A DNA stretch of 62,140 nucleotides, filler included, from Choristocarpus tenellus KU-1152 (taxonomy: Eukaryota; Protista; Phaeophyceae): assembly GCA_964200185.2 (NCBI GenBank). It is 11 parts of 11 records of this genome, joined end to end, with 100 filler letters (N's around TTAATTAATTAA, not from the genome) between each part and the next. Parts side by side here need not be neighbours in the genome. Positions count along the whole stretch, not along the records: positions 37,673 to 41,698 come from CAXNAD020016604.1; positions 41,799 to 45,625 come from CAXNAD020017704.1; positions 45,726 to 49,767 come from CAXNAD020016516.1; positions 49,868 to 56,468 come from CAXNAD020007777.1; 7 more parts are not named here. One strand, 5' to 3'. The notes below the pieces were generated by a model. That model made no database searches, had not been told where the DNA came from, and saw only the letters and a program-made list of their open reading frames with translations. Below are positions 39,798 to 53,478 of the stretch, in pieces. The translations under genes and the position numbers were made by a program. Every line of letters begins with the position of its first letter. Positions within the stretch are counted from its first letter, which is position 1.

Positions 39798-40058
39798 GTA
39801 TTGTCGTTATTATTAGTAGTAGTAGTAGTACTATTGTTATTGTTTTTATTAGTATTATTATTGTTATTATTATTGTTATTGTTATTATTAGTATTATTAT
39901 TGTTATTATTAGTATTATTATTGTTTTTGTTATTATTAGTATTGTTATTGTTATTATTAGTATTAGTATTATTATTGTTATTGTTATTATTAGTATTAGT
40001 ATTATTATTGTTATTGTTATTATTAGTATTAGTATTGTTATTATTATTAGCATTATTG
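39798..40058. repeat. (TTA/TTG/TAG)n trinucleotide low-complexity tract
   Basis: Direct reading; it produces spurious poly-Leu/Ile ORFs. Confidence 0.95.
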
Positions 40059-42135
40059 TTCTACTGCTTCGATTAACTTCTGTGTAGTTATTTCTGTTGT
40101 GGATTGTGAGGCATGTACGGGGTCATCATACCATCATGTCATCGCACTTCAGAGCATAGAGTTAGGTAATTACTGTCTTGTTGAAGGCATGAACATAGGA
40201 TTAGGGAATTACTGTCTTCATGAAGACATGCAGTAGTAGATGGATATGAGGTGTGCCCAAATATCACCACCTAAGAGCAAGTGTCGATTTTGAAGACCTT
40301 TTTGAACCCTGTACACCACGCCTAACCCTAACCCTAACCCTAACTTTGTGCTTGAAATGCAGTTAACCCTCCATGAGAGAACCTGTGCAAAAGAGAAGAC
40401 TAGCTATGAGGGAATTCTTACATGAAGATACCCTCCAGTATTGTTCAAAACACGTGTGCCATGAAGCCTCCGTAGGGACCCTTTGAAACCTCATCAGCAT
40501 GCCTCTCCAGTTAATACTACATTGACATTGATATTGACATTGACATGACATCACTCTGCGTATCTTGACCATTGTTTAATTATGTACTATGCATGTATAT
40601 GGTGATGAAGTAGGGGTGATGACAGTTTTCATTTGTCATTACATTAGAGCACCTATGGGCCGAGCTGGTGTATTATTAGAGGGGGACGGGGGGAGGGGAT
40701 GTTACTGATTTTTTTTTTTCTTTGTTTGAATAAAGGAAAAAAAATGACCATATGGTGACATCCGACATACATCCTTCTGTGTTTATTTTTGTTTTTGTAA
40801 GAATAAGAATTTGTATCTTTATTGTGTACATCCTCAAGAAAAGTGTTGTTGAATTATTATCGATTGATGTGTTGCCAAAAGGGTGCGAAAGAAGTTGCTG
40901 CTACAATTGTAAGAGGGACAAGAGTTTCAATTCATTAAAGTGAAGTGTTGGTGCACGATGGAACACGCGGGAATTTAGCGCGCGGTTTGTGGAGTGGCGC
41001 GTGGTGGCGCAGGTAATAAATTCCTTGGTTTAAATGATGCCCCTCCGGAGGTGTGAATTTTGTCTTACACTCTTTCCTGCGATTTTTCTCACCTTCAGAG
41101 GCGTGTTCTCTCCAGTTATATTGAAATAGATTGCTCATTCATGTCTTGCTTTTGATTAAACGAAATTGTGGTTGTCTATGATGTTTTGCTCGTATTTGGA
41201 ATTTTTTTAATTACCTAACCTTTTCAGTTAGGGGTAGGTTTAGGGTCATTCCAATAAATCGAACTAAGGTCAACTGAACTGTCAATATTCCCAACACCAG
41301 TTGGTTTTGTCAATGTATATATATGTGTGTGTGTGTATGGACGTATGTCGCACTTTTTCCAACCAATATTTATTTTTTTAGTTAATTTGTAACTGTGGGA
41401 GAGAGGTTACAAGACAAAGTAACTGCCATTCTATACACACTGGCTTATGAGTTATGTATATATGTTGGGTTGAAGCGGTGATTCCTCAACAGGTTTTTAC
41501 CACTCGTTGATGAAATTAGTATCTTGATTTTGATCTGCAATTGCATCGTTTGTATTAATCTACTTAGGGTTAGGGTTACCAAAGCTTACCGTAAGAGTAA
41601 GAATACATATTAAGAATAGCCCTAACCCTGACCATAGCCCCCAAGAAAAAATAAGCCTTTTTTAATTTTGGAAATTCTAGATTTCCCATTACAGTTCCNN
41701 NNNNNNNNNNNNNNNNNNNNNNNNNNNNNNNNNNNNNNNNNNTTAATTAATTAANNNNNNNNNNNNNNNNNNNNNNNNNNNNNNNNNNNNNNNNNNNNCA
41801 AAGTATCTTAGAGGTTAGAGTCACGTCCATGTGGGGGTCTACAATCCAATGTTGCGATATTGATGAAATTTTGGCTATCGTGTTTGTTAGGAAGTGTCAA
41901 TATCCATGTTCCGGACACACCTTTTCATAACATATACACTTTACCTACCCCTAAACATCTTGGAGTAGGAAAATGTCACAAAAGAACCCATGGGAAGCCA
42001 AGACCCAAATGGACAAGCAGGGCAAAACTCGTACCCTCTAAGATACTTTCACTCAGTGGTAAGCAGATTATTCACTTTAGTGAGTTCCTCTCTTGACAAT
42101 ATTGTGGCATTTTCTGGTTGCTCGGGTGTTGCCAG

Positions 42136-44339
42136 GCTCTTCTAGTGTCTCTGGAGAAGGAGGTGGAAGAGTCTTCCTCTGTACTCGTGGAGCTGGGTAC
42201 ACAGAAAGACGTCCTGGTTGGAAAGGTGGAGGTTGCAAGGACTTCTTTAGAGGTGGCTAAGAGAGAAGGTGAGATAAGAGTCAATGTGCCCATGAGGCTA
42301 TATGTCATAAGTAGTGTATCTGAGTGCAATCCAATTCAACCATCCATTAGAAGGCAGCATGAGGATTAACCTTTAATGTTCTGTGAGTAAACACGGCGAG
42401 TCCCCCAAAAATGAGAGTCAACTTTTGCCTGGGTAGGTGTATATGCTTGAATACGTTTGTAGTTAAACCTTACAGTCTGGTTAGTGAACAGGTTCGATAC
42501 TATGGATGTTTTTCATCGCTTCCCCAAAAATTAACATCAAAATATAATGCTCTCATCGACAACAGCTGTATGGGGGCGGCTGATAGTTTTTGCTTATATT
42601 TCAAGGGAGGCAGCATGTACAAAACTGATTCAACAATTGGTGCAAACAGCTACTGATGTACAGAATATATCACACAAGAGTTTAAGATATGTACGGAAAA
42701 CTGTGTTTGTGTCATCACACACACACACACACATGCCTAGCACTTTTTGCTGAGACTTGTTCTCAGAAGTGAAATGAAATGATCTTGCATGTCTCCATCC
42801 ATTTTCCACTGTGGTCAGAACCCGCAAATCAGTAGGAGGTGTTAGTAAACGTGTAAAGAATATTGTGCACCCAGGAGCCTGCAAGGAGCAATGGATGTCG
42901 CACTACAGTAGTATGGCGCACCTCAAAATTGGAGAGCGATGGGCACAAGTCAGTGTGTCCAGCTATCATCATAGTCCAGAGTGGTCAAAATTTACCACAT
43001 ATATTTTGACCCAAAATAATTTCCAAATGCAGATCAACAAAAAGTACATGCTCTTGTTCCATATTATGTAGGTTTATCAATAGGAAGATCACACTATGTT
43101 CCCCTTCCATAATTCAAGTATGTATGAACTAAAACTGTGCCATGTACTGTATACTACTTGGTGAATAGTATTCCTATTCATAGTGGCCGTTTTGATTCAT
43201 CTTTTTGAGGATGGGGCGATCTCCAGACACAACTAGTCGTGCGAATATTTCATCTAGTCAAGTCTGAAATGGATGAGTGAGAAAAAGACTTGAGCCCAAG
43301 AACTATCTTCAAAAGGTTTACTACTGCACAACTTTCATCAGTGCAGAAGGGTACATCTCTGCTTTAACAAGGACTATCGATTTAGAAATAGTGATGGGGG
43401 ATGTTGATGAAAATAATGCTAATTATTAGCTTACTTTTGCAGGTGTGGGGGTTGACTAAGTAGGCAGTGATCCCCTCCCTACCATCACAACAATACTCCA
43501 AATGATACATATTTTGGGGCACATAATGAGGAGGTCGTGAGCCAAAGTATCTCAGAGGGTTGGACCGCGTCCACTTGGGGTCCAAAATCCATTGTTGCGA
43601 TTTTGTCGTAATTTTAGCTATTGTATTTATTAGGATTTGTCAGTATCCTTGTTTTGGACGCACCTTTTCATAACTTACACATTTTACCTACTCCGAAACA
43701 TTTTGGAATAGGAAAATGTCATACAAAAAAACATGGGAAGCCATGTCCTAAATGGACAAACAGGGCAAAACTCGTACCCTCCAAGATACTTTCACTCTCG
43801 TATCGGTTGACATGACACTACTTCATTGTACTGCACTAAGTATAAATAACAGTCAAATACTGCCTACATTGCCTTTTACTTTGTGCTGCCCTCCCTACAT
43901 ACGTATTACACCATAACCAGTCCAACTTGCCAAGGCTGAAGCAGCTGCCAAGGCCGAAGCAGCTGTCAAGGCTGAAGCTGCCAGGAAGGAGACAGCTGCA
44001 AAGGCTGAAGCAGCTGCCAAGGTTAGAGCAACTGCCAAGGCTAAAGTGACTGATAGGATCTCAGCACCTGCTCAGGTGAAACCAGCTGCCAAGACCACGG
44101 CTGCTGTTAAGGTTGCCACTGCTGAGACAGTCATGGTCACCAAGACCACTTCCAGCAAGAATTGTCTTGGTGGTGCTCAAACTCGTCTGAACAGGGTTGA
44201 CCCCCTGAAGGCGTATGTGGGAGGGTTTGAGACTGGCGCACCTCCTTCACCATCAAAGCCGTTGCAGAAACACTCACCATTCAAGATTGTGGATGTGGAG
44301 GTCCCCTCTTTCGTCCACCGGGTGAGCAAGAAAGATTGA
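42136..44339 (+). CDS. Hypothetical coiled-coil protein, last two exons, with AKAEAA repeats
   Basis: Exon 42136-42268 (CAG/GT, phase 1) joins in frame to 43921-44339, which ends in TGA. The sequence is E/K/A-rich and no family was recognised. Confidence 0.6.
43539..43797. mobile_element. MITE family A, full copy with 4-bp TSD TCGT
   Basis: GAGCCAAAGTATCTCAGAGGGT ... ACCCTCCAAGATACTTTCACTC, flanked by TCGT at 43535-38 and 43798-801. Confidence 0.92.
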
Positions 44340-44549
44340 ACATTCCAAACCAGCACGAAAATCTCACAGTAGTACCCGATGCTATTGAAGGAGAGGAAAT
44401 ATCTAAACGTTGTTGCTGTGTGGAACACATCACCTTACTTCACACAACTTGTGATCGGCAGTAGGCTTGCCCACAACGACATTTGCCCACACCTATAACA
44501 ATATTTTCCCCCTTCTTCGTGCCTGTTACAACCACTATGCAACAAGTGA

Positions 44550-44805
44550 GAGCCAAAGTATATGAGAGGTACCCAGTTTTTTTCTGTATGGCATTTTAAG
44601 CCAGATTGTTGATCTTTTGTGATGCACCCATATTTCTATGGATGAACTGCTAAGTTTGGCTTGAGAGGGTTGATTTCTCTGTTGTTTGGAACATTTCGAT
44701 ATAATTCGGGAAATATCCTAAACAAATTTGTATCAAAAGGTCGAATTTTGCACATATTTGCAGACATGCTTAAAATGCAACTCTGGGTACCTCTTACTTT
44801 GACTC
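44550..44805. mobile_element. MITE family B (GAGCC...GACTC, about 255 bp); other copies at 52220-52474, about 22400-22625 and about 45085-45190
   Basis: Shared internal tatggatgaa(g/c)tgctaag..tgagagggttgatttc and terminal gggtacctct..tactttgactc. TSDs are not clearly preserved. Confidence 0.78.
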
Positions 44806-46750
44806 AGTTTTGAGTCAAAGGATTTAAGAGGGTAGGAGCTTTGCCCTGTTTGTCTGTACAGACCTTAGCTTCCAACGACATTGTATGCCCTTTTTGGTTC
44901 TCTGTGTGAACATTTCGGATTTCAGAGTAGGAAAAAAATGTAAGACTATGAAAGGTGTGTCCAGAGCAAAGATATTGACACTTGCTAACTAACAAACATG
45001 ATAGCCAACATTCATCAAAATTACAACATTGGATTTATGACTCCAAGTGGTAACAAATCTAATTTCTTAAATTCCTAGACTCATTAGGAAAATATCCTAT
45101 ACATTAATTGTAAAAAAACAAACGAGTTTTGTCCATATTTGCGGACGTGCTTAAAATGCAAGTCTGGGTACCTCTCGCTTACTTCAACTCAGTGTTTTCA
45201 AGTTTTCTACAAAAGTCTATTGAATGTCATCCATCCAAGGACCACGGTCCGACAAGGATCCTATGAATATATCCATATTTCTGTCAATCACCAGGATGGG
45301 AAATGGATGGGGAATTGGAGGTTGAAAGACAGGCCCTGATTCACATTTTTTTTAAAGTGTGCTATCTGACTGGAAGGAAACGCAAGCATGTACTATTTCT
45401 TAATCATCTAAAGGTTCCTTGTGTGAGTGTTTTGGCTACAGTAGAGATACACTAGTATCTTAGCATCTTAAGGGTATGGCTCAAGTATCTTGGAGGGGAT
45501 GGCGGCTGTCCATTTGGGGTCAATTCTTTCATATCGCGATTTTCGGGTGATTTGGTTGCATACGTCGGATGGATAATGTAAATGCATTTGTCCTGATTTT
45601 GACCAAATGGACACCCTGGTGTAACNNNNNNNNNNNNNNNNNNNNNNNNNNNNNNNNNNNNNNNNNNNNTTAATTAATTAANNNNNNNNNNNNNNNNNNN
45701 NNNNNNNNNNNNNNNNNNNNNNNNNCACCCCCCCCCCCCCAGTGTGAGCTCTGTTTGCACACGAAAAAAAAGTGTCTGACAGTCCCGTGGGAGAAAAGAA
45801 AAAGAATAATCTGGGTATCCCATAAATATTAATGTAGCCAGTTTGGAGGAGTTCCTTGAAAGGTTGTCCTCAACAGGGTTGGAACCCCAAAGTTGTTGGT
45901 GATGGGAAACATCTGATTTTACCTTTAATTACCCAAGGGTTATGAAGATAACATCCCAGGAAATGTTGGTATCAAAGTGCATGGGTCATTGTGTTGATCA
46001 AGCTACAATGCCTCAGCTATTGTAAATGTGAAATGGTTTCCTATTCTTGGTTGTGGGTTGCACTAGGCCAAACAGATGTCTCAAGAGGAACTGCACTGAG
46101 GCGAAGTAATTGGATCAGTGATTACCTTTGTGGGTGTATGATGACTTTGAATTATTACGTTGCATCCCTGAAACTAAAAGGTTAAATATCTTGTGTTTGT
46201 CAGGAAAGGATTGTCCACTTCCATTCTGAGGAATCTGTATACTGTCTAATCCTTTTGATTTCAAAGTGAAAACTCGATTTCTCACCTTCAAGTATTGTTG
46301 TTAAATAACCCTTATATCCGGAGTTCTGGAGTGATGAGGTCCAGTTTTCTTCCATTTCCAATCTTTTGGACTATGTGGAGCAGAAACCGTGTGCCCACCT
46401 ACGAGGAACACAGTTACCTCCTGCTGGGTGAACTCAAATCAAAATCTTATTTGCTTAAGGGGTAAACCATTGAGAGGGTCAAGGGATCCCAATGATTTCC
46501 TGCTGAAGATATAGGACTTAAACCTATATATAACTATCCCGAATATTCACATTAATTACTCTTTTTGTGGGTATGGTGAAAACAAGTTTGGAGATGCAAA
46601 AAGAGGTGCATGGGGATCTTCTTCCATTCGAAACTTGACAAAACAAGGATAAAGCCCTGACCACCTCGTATGTATATGGACCCATCAAATGGTCAATTTG
46701 AGTGTGGTTAGCAACTATGTATGCACTTGTTAAGGAAAAACGTCAACAAC

Positions 46751-49700
46751 TTAGCGGGTAAATAGTCCACAAGTTCGCCTTGAAAAAGGATTCAAACCTT
46801 CATCTCTACCTCTTTTAGTGGAATCTGATGTTGTGTCAGGCCGGCAACCCCCTTTGTGAGTAGTAGATGTAGCCGCAGGGACATCACCTTGAGAGTTTGA
46901 AGCAAGAGCATGTTGAATGTTCCCAACAACAATGATGACAATTGATTGAGCCAGGTGTGTTTGTGAAAAGTGTGATGGTTCGTCGGCTATTGCAGCAGAG
47001 GGTCCTGAAGAAGATTGAAAAAACTCTGGCATCGGTATACCTTGGTCACAGGGAGCTTTTGAAGACTTTGGTGTCAGTACACTTTGGTCAGGAGAAACAT
47101 ACAGATTGTGTCGTGAACTGTATCCTTCAGTCATCTCTGTACACTGAGGAATTTCCTTTGCTTTCCGCCAGACATCACTAGCTGGAGCAAAACCTCTAAA
47201 TCTAAGCCGGTATGAATAGCTATGTGGGGATTTACGACCCACTCCAGGTTTATGGTCTGCAATGCCCTCAACAAAGTATGACCCTAAAATTGGTTGAACG
47301 ATCGAACCTTGTTCTATATCTGGTTCAGGTATTATTCTGCCCAGAAATAAAGAATTCAGAGAGTCAATGTCTGGTTCAGGAAGGTAGCCCTCTTTGTGTG
47401 GTTTAAGTTGTGCTATATGTATGGTGATTTCTCGACAGTCGGCCTGCGCCTTCACACGGTCGACTACCAGAGATATCCTCTCTTTTACTTCATATGATCC
47501 TCTCCACGAGGATAGTAACTTGGGGTTAGGAGCGTCTGCCGAAGTGTGAGGTTTGTGTAGCCACACCTTAGCACCAACTTCATAAATAGTAATGGTGTGT
47601 TCAGTGGCCTTGGACTCGTTGTGCAAAGCCATCTCACCGATATTCTGCCTAGCCAGTTCATACGCCAGTTGTAAATTATCCACTGTTTACTGTACTCCTG
47701 GGTAGAAATAGGCATGGCCTCTGGTTCTCCCAAATTGATATTGATTGGTAGTGTGGGACGTCTTCCAAACATTAAATAAAAAGGCGTTTCTTGTACAGTG
47801 GTATTGTAAGCGGTATTGTAAACCAGCTGCACAAAAGGCAATAATGACGCCCAATCTGATTACTTCATATTGGAATACATAGCTAGCATGCCAAGCATTG
47901 CCTCATGAATTCTTTCAAGAATGCTATTGCTTTGAGGTCGATACGTTGTTGTTGCTTTTATTTTCTTGCATCCATAGATCTTTTGAAGCTCCAGAATAAG
48001 TTTATTTTGAAATTCCTTGCCCTGGTCTGAGTGTAAGGCTTCTAGGGCGCTAAAAATAGAAAGCACTTGTGGTGATAATGCTTTTGCTACAGTTGCCTCT
48101 CGTTTGTCAGGAATAGCACTGAGCAAAGCAAACCTGGTTAAATGGTCGGCAGCAGACAACATGTAAGTATTTTTCTCTGATGGAGTTTTGTACTTTACCA
48201 AATCAATTGCCACCCTCTGAAATGGGTGCGTTTCTGGCATATGCCCTGGAGGGTTTGGTAGGTTAGAAGGAGTTGTTTTGCGGCTTTGGCATGATTGACA
48301 TGTTTCACATCAAGCTCGAACATCTTCATGTAAAGTGGGCCACCAAAAACGGTCACGAATTCGGTCAAAAGTGTGCTTGAATGCAAGGTGTCCTGAGACC
48401 TTATGATCATGAAGGGCATGGAGTATTAACCTTGTATCTCAGTGGATACCACTAAATATTCTCGGAATTTATCGTTCTTTCGAAGGTGACTGGGTTGATG
48501 CGATTTGTATAACATCTGTTTGCCTTCCATTTCTTTTTGTGTGAAAAAAGTAAAACACGGTATACATTGTTTTGTTCTTTGGTAGGAGGGCTTTTTCTGG
48601 ATGAGCCAAATATTTGCAATAGTCTCCATCATATTGAGCTTGTTGAGCTTTGAATAGTACTTCAGGATCCACTGTTGGGAAAACATTAACTTAGGTTAGG
48701 GTTCGTGAATAGTTCCGTATCGTTTTGTACTCTGGCAATTTCACCTAGTTTTTCCACTGATACATCATACGCAGGGTAAACCTTGGGTGTAGAGACATCC
48801 GACTCTGTTTGGCCTATATTACGGCACAGTGGGGCTAGTGGTAGAGGTGTTTCATCCAACATAAATTCCTTCAACCGTGTTCAGGATAACATATCCGGAA
48901 TGTAGTGTAAACGTCCCGGCTTACGTAAAACTGTGAAGTCAAAAGCTTGTAAGGCTAAGGCCCACCTGGTCAACATATTGGAAGTATCTTGCGTTGTATG
49001 TAACCAACGTGATGCCGAATGATCACTTGCAACTGTAAGGTGCTTTCCCCAAATATATGGGCGGAAATGTGTGATGGCAAGAATGAAGGCCAGACATTCT
49101 TTCTGAGTTGCTGAATATCGTCTTTGGGTTGGCTTAAAAATAGCACTATGGTAAGCTACAATTTGGAAACTATCGTCCTCATTTTCATGTGACAAGAAAG
49201 CTCCCATGCCAACATTGCTAGCGTCCACGTGAATAAAGAACTTTTGAGTAAAATCTGGAAAGTTTAACACTGGCGCCATAGTTAATAGACGTTTACACTC
49301 ATTAAAATAATTTTGCTGTGGTCGTCCCCATTGTTCAGATAGACCTTTGTCCCTTCCAGACTTTTTTTGTACTTTTCCTTGTAAGTGACACCAGGGGCTC
49401 GGTTACTGTAGCCAAATGGGGATTATATTTCCTAACAAAGTTCACGGAACCTAGAAAGGATTGTAATTCCTTCACAGATTTAGGGGCTTTCAGAGCGGTA
49501 ATAGCCTGGATTCGATCTGGTGACACAGCAATACCACTACGGCTGACTTCATGTCCCAAACAATGAATTGATTTTGAGCCAAATTGGGCTTTAGAGGGTT
49601 TGAGGGTGACTCCTACTTGCAGTAACAACAATACGCTCTCAAGAAGTTGAATATGATGGTTCCATGTTGGGGAGGCTAGTACAATATCGTCAAGATAAAT

Positions 49701-49767
49701 CAGTAAGCCCATACTCGGCCCTAGCGTTGAAAACGTTTCAGACACGATGAAGCGTTGATATATCCAT
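46751..49767 (-). mobile_element. Ty3/Gypsy chromovirus-type pol remnant (RT-RNaseH-integrase-chromodomain), frameshifted
   Basis: YLDDI, ELQSFLG, HVDASNVGMGA, YSATQKE, SDH, RWALALQ, PFQRVAIDL, HSDQGKEF, YRPQSN..ER, TPFYLMFGR, a GPY-like WRGSY, and chromodomain YFVEGIADH...YRLRFRGF..ASDVW. Confidence 0.93.
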
Positions 49768-50386
49768 NNNNNNNNNNNNNNNNNNNNNNNNNNNNNNNNN
49801 NNNNNNNNNNNTTAATTAATTAANNNNNNNNNNNNNNNNNNNNNNNNNNNNNNNNNNNNNNNNNNNNCAAACAAGTTTTGTATTGATACAACCCCCCGCA
49901 ACCCCATCATAGACCACCCTCGCTGCCACCCCCCCCCCCCCCCCCCCTCTAAGATGCTATGGCAAAAAAAAAGAATTCAGGACAATCAGTCAATATTGTA
50001 GATATGGAGTGTTTAATCTAACTCTTCAGCGACTAGCACTACCCTGTAAAAAAAGACGAGGTATTTGGGTGTTTGCGCATTATGCTGAAGTGCTATATCC
50101 CTTTTGTGGTTGTGTTTTGATAAATTGGCACAAAAGGTATCGTAAACATAAACCAATTGTTCTCAAAATGACCTTGTGCAGTCTTCCACCTTACACACTA
50201 TTCCAAGCCATCTGTGAAACTGTAAGGTGTCAGTCGGTAAAATAGGTACAGTAGACACCCCCTTCAGTCTAGGCGCCTAGAAAACGTCCAGCGACAAACG
50301 TGTTGTGAGCATTGGCCCTTGCCCTCTGCTCAAACAAGTCACAAGTCTCCCTGCAGTCTGGGAGGCCTGTGTTCAGCTATGAAATG

Positions 50387-50418
<32 letters not shown>

Positions 50419-51531
50419 TAACTCTTGTCAGGCAACCTCTTCCGAATTTGATCTATGCATATTTTTCGTCGTGAGGCTCAGTGCAGAAAGAGCATGTCAC
50501 AGTGTAGTAGAGAGAGCACTTGAAATAAATACAGGCGTATCTCCTGATGTCCAGGCAACACCAAAGTACTATATGGCTTCTTGGCCATATAGTAGCTTAG
50601 TTCTCCACCCTAGCAAAAGCTCCATTACCCTCTTGTCCTTTGTACCTTTCCTCTGTACAATTCTAGGAGGTGCTATATCCCACCCTCCCTGCATTCTCTG
50701 GCACCGGTGCAATTGCTACCAGTACTCCTGCTGAAGGAGTGTTACCTCTTACTATTTGTTCCCTCCATTTGCAGAGCTCATGATCATCGTGTACATGCCA
50801 AAAAACCGCTGAAGTAGTATTCTACAACTGAACAAGTGCACTGTTACTAACCAGTCAGTAAAACCAGTGATGGTAAACAGCAGCGAAACAGCATTTGTGC
50901 TTGTGACTGAATGCCAACTGAATTGAAGTTGGTGATTAATCATTCAATAAATTAGCACCATTCACAGCTTTAGAAACCCCCAACAACAACAAAAAAAACT
51001 GGCTGGCCCCAGCAATACACCCAACGATTAATGTGCAACAAACAATAAATAAGTAATGCACATAATTAGGGTTGAGAGGACTTTGTTATCTAGGCTACTT
51101 CAAGGCTGGCTACTGGCCATGTCTTTTTGGGGGTAATAGCAATTGCAAGTATCAGATGACACCGAGAAACTACACACATGGGTTGACCAACACCTTTAAA
51201 GCACACTCAAATAACAATGCCGACTCCCTGAATGGAACGCGTGAGTTAGGTCCAGTATTTGTATCCGCCAATGTAGGCAATTACTCGCACAGTCCCATAT
51301 TGACTTGGTACTCAGATATTCACCAAAAAAACATTAAAAAGGAAGGATGAAGAAGTCAAAAAGGGGCAAAAAAAAGGCATGCAAATATCTTAATCATGCT
51401 AAGCAATCAAAAGCTCGTCAATAGAGTCGTTCTAAGGGAAGTTGAGGCACCTTGGAGGAAGGTAATTCAACCCATCTATATTTCCTACTAACTACTAATG
51501 CGAAATGAAAAATCGACATGTATCTCCTTGC

Positions 51532-53115
51532 CTGCAGCTCATCGTCAGTGAGGTTCTCCCCTAGCTCTGTGGCCACTCTCTTCAAGTTCCGGAAGGAAAT
51601 GCCTCCTGTGTTGTCCTCATCAAAGAGGGCAAATATTTTCATAATTTCCTCCTATTAGGGGAAAAGGAACAGCATCCAGGGTGAGCCTGAGGGAAGTTAA
51701 AGTAGCAAGCTCTCCCCTGCTATTGACTTCCAAGGCTTCCAGGGGATCATTCACTTGTAAGTGTGATTTGACACAATTCTTTACATGTACCATCAGCTCA
51801 AGGAGATAGGAGAAGAAGTCATGGTGGCAATGGACAGAGGGGACTGCATTGTGGTAAGGGTCATTGCAACGAAAAAAAATTGGGGATGCTGAAGGCAGTC
51901 GGGAAGGTCAGCGATAAAATCAAGTTCATCAATTCATCTAAGTGGAGCGCAGTTGTTCAACCTGAACTCATATACCCCGTCACAACATAAACATACATAT
52001 ACAAGATGTATTTGCAACATTTGTGTGGAAAAAGCCATCCATGTCAAACCGTTTCACGGATGAAATCTCAGCGCGATCGGTTGCTAATCACTTGACTTTA
52101 CAAGAATTGAGAGCAAAGCATCAATAGTCATCCTACTATTGATGACGTTTGTTTCAATGACGGATTGAGTTTGCCCTCTTTCCTCTAGTCAGTTTACTCT
52201 CACCCTTAAAAACAACATGGAGCCAATCTAACGAGAGTACCCAGTTTTTGGATGTTTCGCAATATAGGCCGGTTTTTCAATCTCTTGCAATTCACCCATA
52301 TTTTTATGGATGAAGTGCTAAGTTGACCTGAGAGGGTTGATTTCCTATTGTTTGAAACTTTTTGGCACAATTGGGAAAATGTCCTGTACGAATTCGAAAA
52401 AAATCCGAACTCTTGCACATATTTGCCAGCATCTTTAATATAAAACGCTGGGCATCTCTCGTTTACTTTGACTCACAGTCACTGGGCTTCTTCACCTTGG
52501 GATCCCTCGCTAGGACCTTCGGGGTAACCATTTCAACGAAATCATTGAACGCGATTGTTGCTGTTCCCTCCTTGTCAATATCAGTCAGCATATCCCGAAT
52601 TTCCTGCTTCTTAACCTGCACTGGCGGAGAGAAGTAAGTTCGTGCCAAGTCAACGAGAAGGCAACATTAAGATCCTGGTCAGTCTCCCTGAACAGGTGTA
52701 CATTAGAATAAGGTCCTCAAATCTACCTCTCCAATGATAAAGCAGCGAGGAATTTGGAACTTGGAAAAAACACCTTACATACAGGACATGGCGATAAACC
52801 GTTGGGTACTCTGATCAAAAATAGTTACCTCGAATTGTCAGGCACAAAAACAGTAGAAAGAGAAGTGGGGACAACGCCAAGCGCTTCGAATTTCAATGCA
52901 TGACGCGCCTGGAATCCAAGCGCCCGAAAGGCAGCCTTTAGCTCTCTTATATCAATTGTTCCCTTCCCTTCAGTATCGAAGAGGTTGAATGCCTCCTTGA
53001 TCTCTTGCATCCCCTCCTCATCCAATGCTGGTTGTTTCGTACGTCCAGACCGCCCCCGCACCGGTCGGCTGGGTGAGAAACCTCCAGCACTTCGAAAGCG
53101 GGAGGCCGACGCCAT
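51532..53115 (-). CDS. CETN: Centrin/caltractin-family EF-hand protein; last exon not found
   Basis: Exons 53115-52909 (GC donor), 52615-52496 and 51651-51532 (GC donor). Motifs: [75 protein letters not shown]. Confidence 0.93.
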
Positions 53116-53478
53116 TATCGTTGTGGGATGGCAGCAACGTCGAGGAGAGGGATACTGGACACAGTTTTAAATCTCCTGACCTTCGAGAAGATTTTTGAAA
53201 AGTTCACCAGTTGGGAGATAAGAGTAGAAACAGTCCCAGAGTTAGCCCAGAGCGTTGGAGGCATCAATGTTGGCAAACCGATTTTGATGAGGAGTATGTG
53301 ACACTGAGTTCACACTGAGCGACGCCACACTCGTGTAGAGAGAATAAGTCGTGGTACGGTTCGCTAAAAGGGAGATGGCTGCAGATTAGAGGGACACGGA
53401 CAACGAGGAGAAGGTCAGATAAAGTGCGTCGGAGAAGTTGAGACTCGTCTCATTCTACGGAGGAGGACTTCAGACTTC

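Noticed and set aside
39696-40087. Poly-Leu/Ile membrane-protein ORFs
   Set aside because: Translation of a (TTA/TTG)n microsatellite.
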